64,000 nt of DNA from NCBI RefSeq assembly GCF_963676685.1, contig NC_092347.1, forward strand, positions 3,472,001 through 3,536,000. Reading direction: 5' to 3'. The stretch comes from Mytilus edulis. Its lineage: Eukaryota. A program made the translations under genes and the position numbers. Below the pieces are notes generated by a model that worked only from the letters and a program-made list of their open reading frames with translations, was not told the origin of the DNA and made no database searches. Positions 63,126 through 64,000 of the stretch are shown piece after piece. The stretch's first letter is position 1. Each line of letters opens with the position of its first letter.

Positions 63126-63635
63126 GACAATATCATTGGCATAAATTATGGGTGCTCAAAAACAAAACAAATTAGTATCTGCAAGAGAATATATCTCAGT
63201 GGCAACAAGATACTTTTACATATAATACCATACAGATTCTGCGCATGACAAGTTTGTACAAAACGAACGACAAAGATGAGAGATTGATGATCAACCTGGA
63301 GAACATGCTGATATTTCTGATTAATTTACACAAGTTTTTCAATACCCGAATATTTTTGAAATAAATAAAATGCCGAATTTCAAAACATTTACTCGGCTTA
63401 CATAGTAAATAACGCTTGAAGTATATTATATGCCCCTCCCTTGCAGAGAAGAAAAGTACAAATGAAAAATGGCATATGCTGAACCTTCAACAAATCAGAT
63501 AATTTCAAATACGTACCCTGTAGATACTAGTGTCAAATATAGGAACTTGACAAAATCGGCAATAATGTCAAAATGGCGTTTCATGCAAAATTTTAAATGA
63601 ATCGAAACAGTCAGACTAAAATTTTCGGCTGATTT

Positions 63636-63841
63636 GGATACTCAGAATTAAACGTGTACCGGATCAGGACACTCAGAATCAAACGTGTACCGGATCAGGA
63701 CACTCAGAATCAAACGTGTACCGGATCAGGACACTCAGAATTAAACGTGTACCGGATCAGGACACTCAGAATCAAATGTGTACCGGATCAGGACACTCAG
63801 AATCAAACGTGTACCGGATCAGGACACTCAGAATCAAACGT
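63636..63841. repeat. 31-bp minisatellite, ~6.6 near-perfect copies
   Basis: Unit ggacactcagaatcaaacgtgtaccggatca. Confidence 0.95.
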
Positions 63842-64000
63842 CTGTTTTGACGGATAATGAATTATACAATGAAGAAAAATGAAAGGTTTCAGTTTAACTG
63901 AAAACGTAGTGTGTATTCATTTAAGAAACAAAACTATAATATACATAGATCTGATTTGATTTTCTTTAAAACATAGTTCTTCTTGCATTAAAATACAAAG

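Noticed and set aside
63636-63841. CRISPR-like array; also the repetitive 67-aa ORF 63654-63857
   Set aside because: Units are contiguous with no unique spacers, there are no cas genes and the context is eukaryotic. The ORF is a by-product of the repeat.

Overview
AT-rich, intron-containing animal DNA. The repeat families and gene types suggest a bivalve, probably Mytilus (inference from sequence style only). I reconstructed three small gene clusters by splicing exons by hand. (1) 1.5-14.2 kb: four tandem minus-strand copies of a secreted two-exon 'mini-brorin' (VWC2-like) gene. Two are complete, one is a pseudogene, and one has its second exon outside the window. (2) 16-30 kb: a head-to-head pair of single-Ig type I membrane protein genes. 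One has a long Tyr-motif tail; the other has a short tail and an Ig domain lacking both canonical cysteines. (3) 34-58 kb: two paralogous stand-alone temptin-like secreted protein genes. Introns and intergenic DNA are full of mobile DNA: Penelope-like RT fragments and their 3' repeats, about nine recognisable minimal type I hammerhead ribozymes from two covarying families (including a 233-nt tandem pair), two Academ DNA transposon relics, a long-TIR MITE in two copies, HINE-like elements, CR1-like relics and minisatellites. The most unusual object is a 1,955-bp LTR element (43700-45654). It has a 4-bp TSD, a perfect tRNA-Leu PBS and asymmetric LTRs, but no gag/pol. It carries an intact 155-aa ORF with a transmembrane helix and a DSGxxS motif. 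There is one assembly gap (39628-39760). Most short ORFs in the supplied track are spurious or run into introns.
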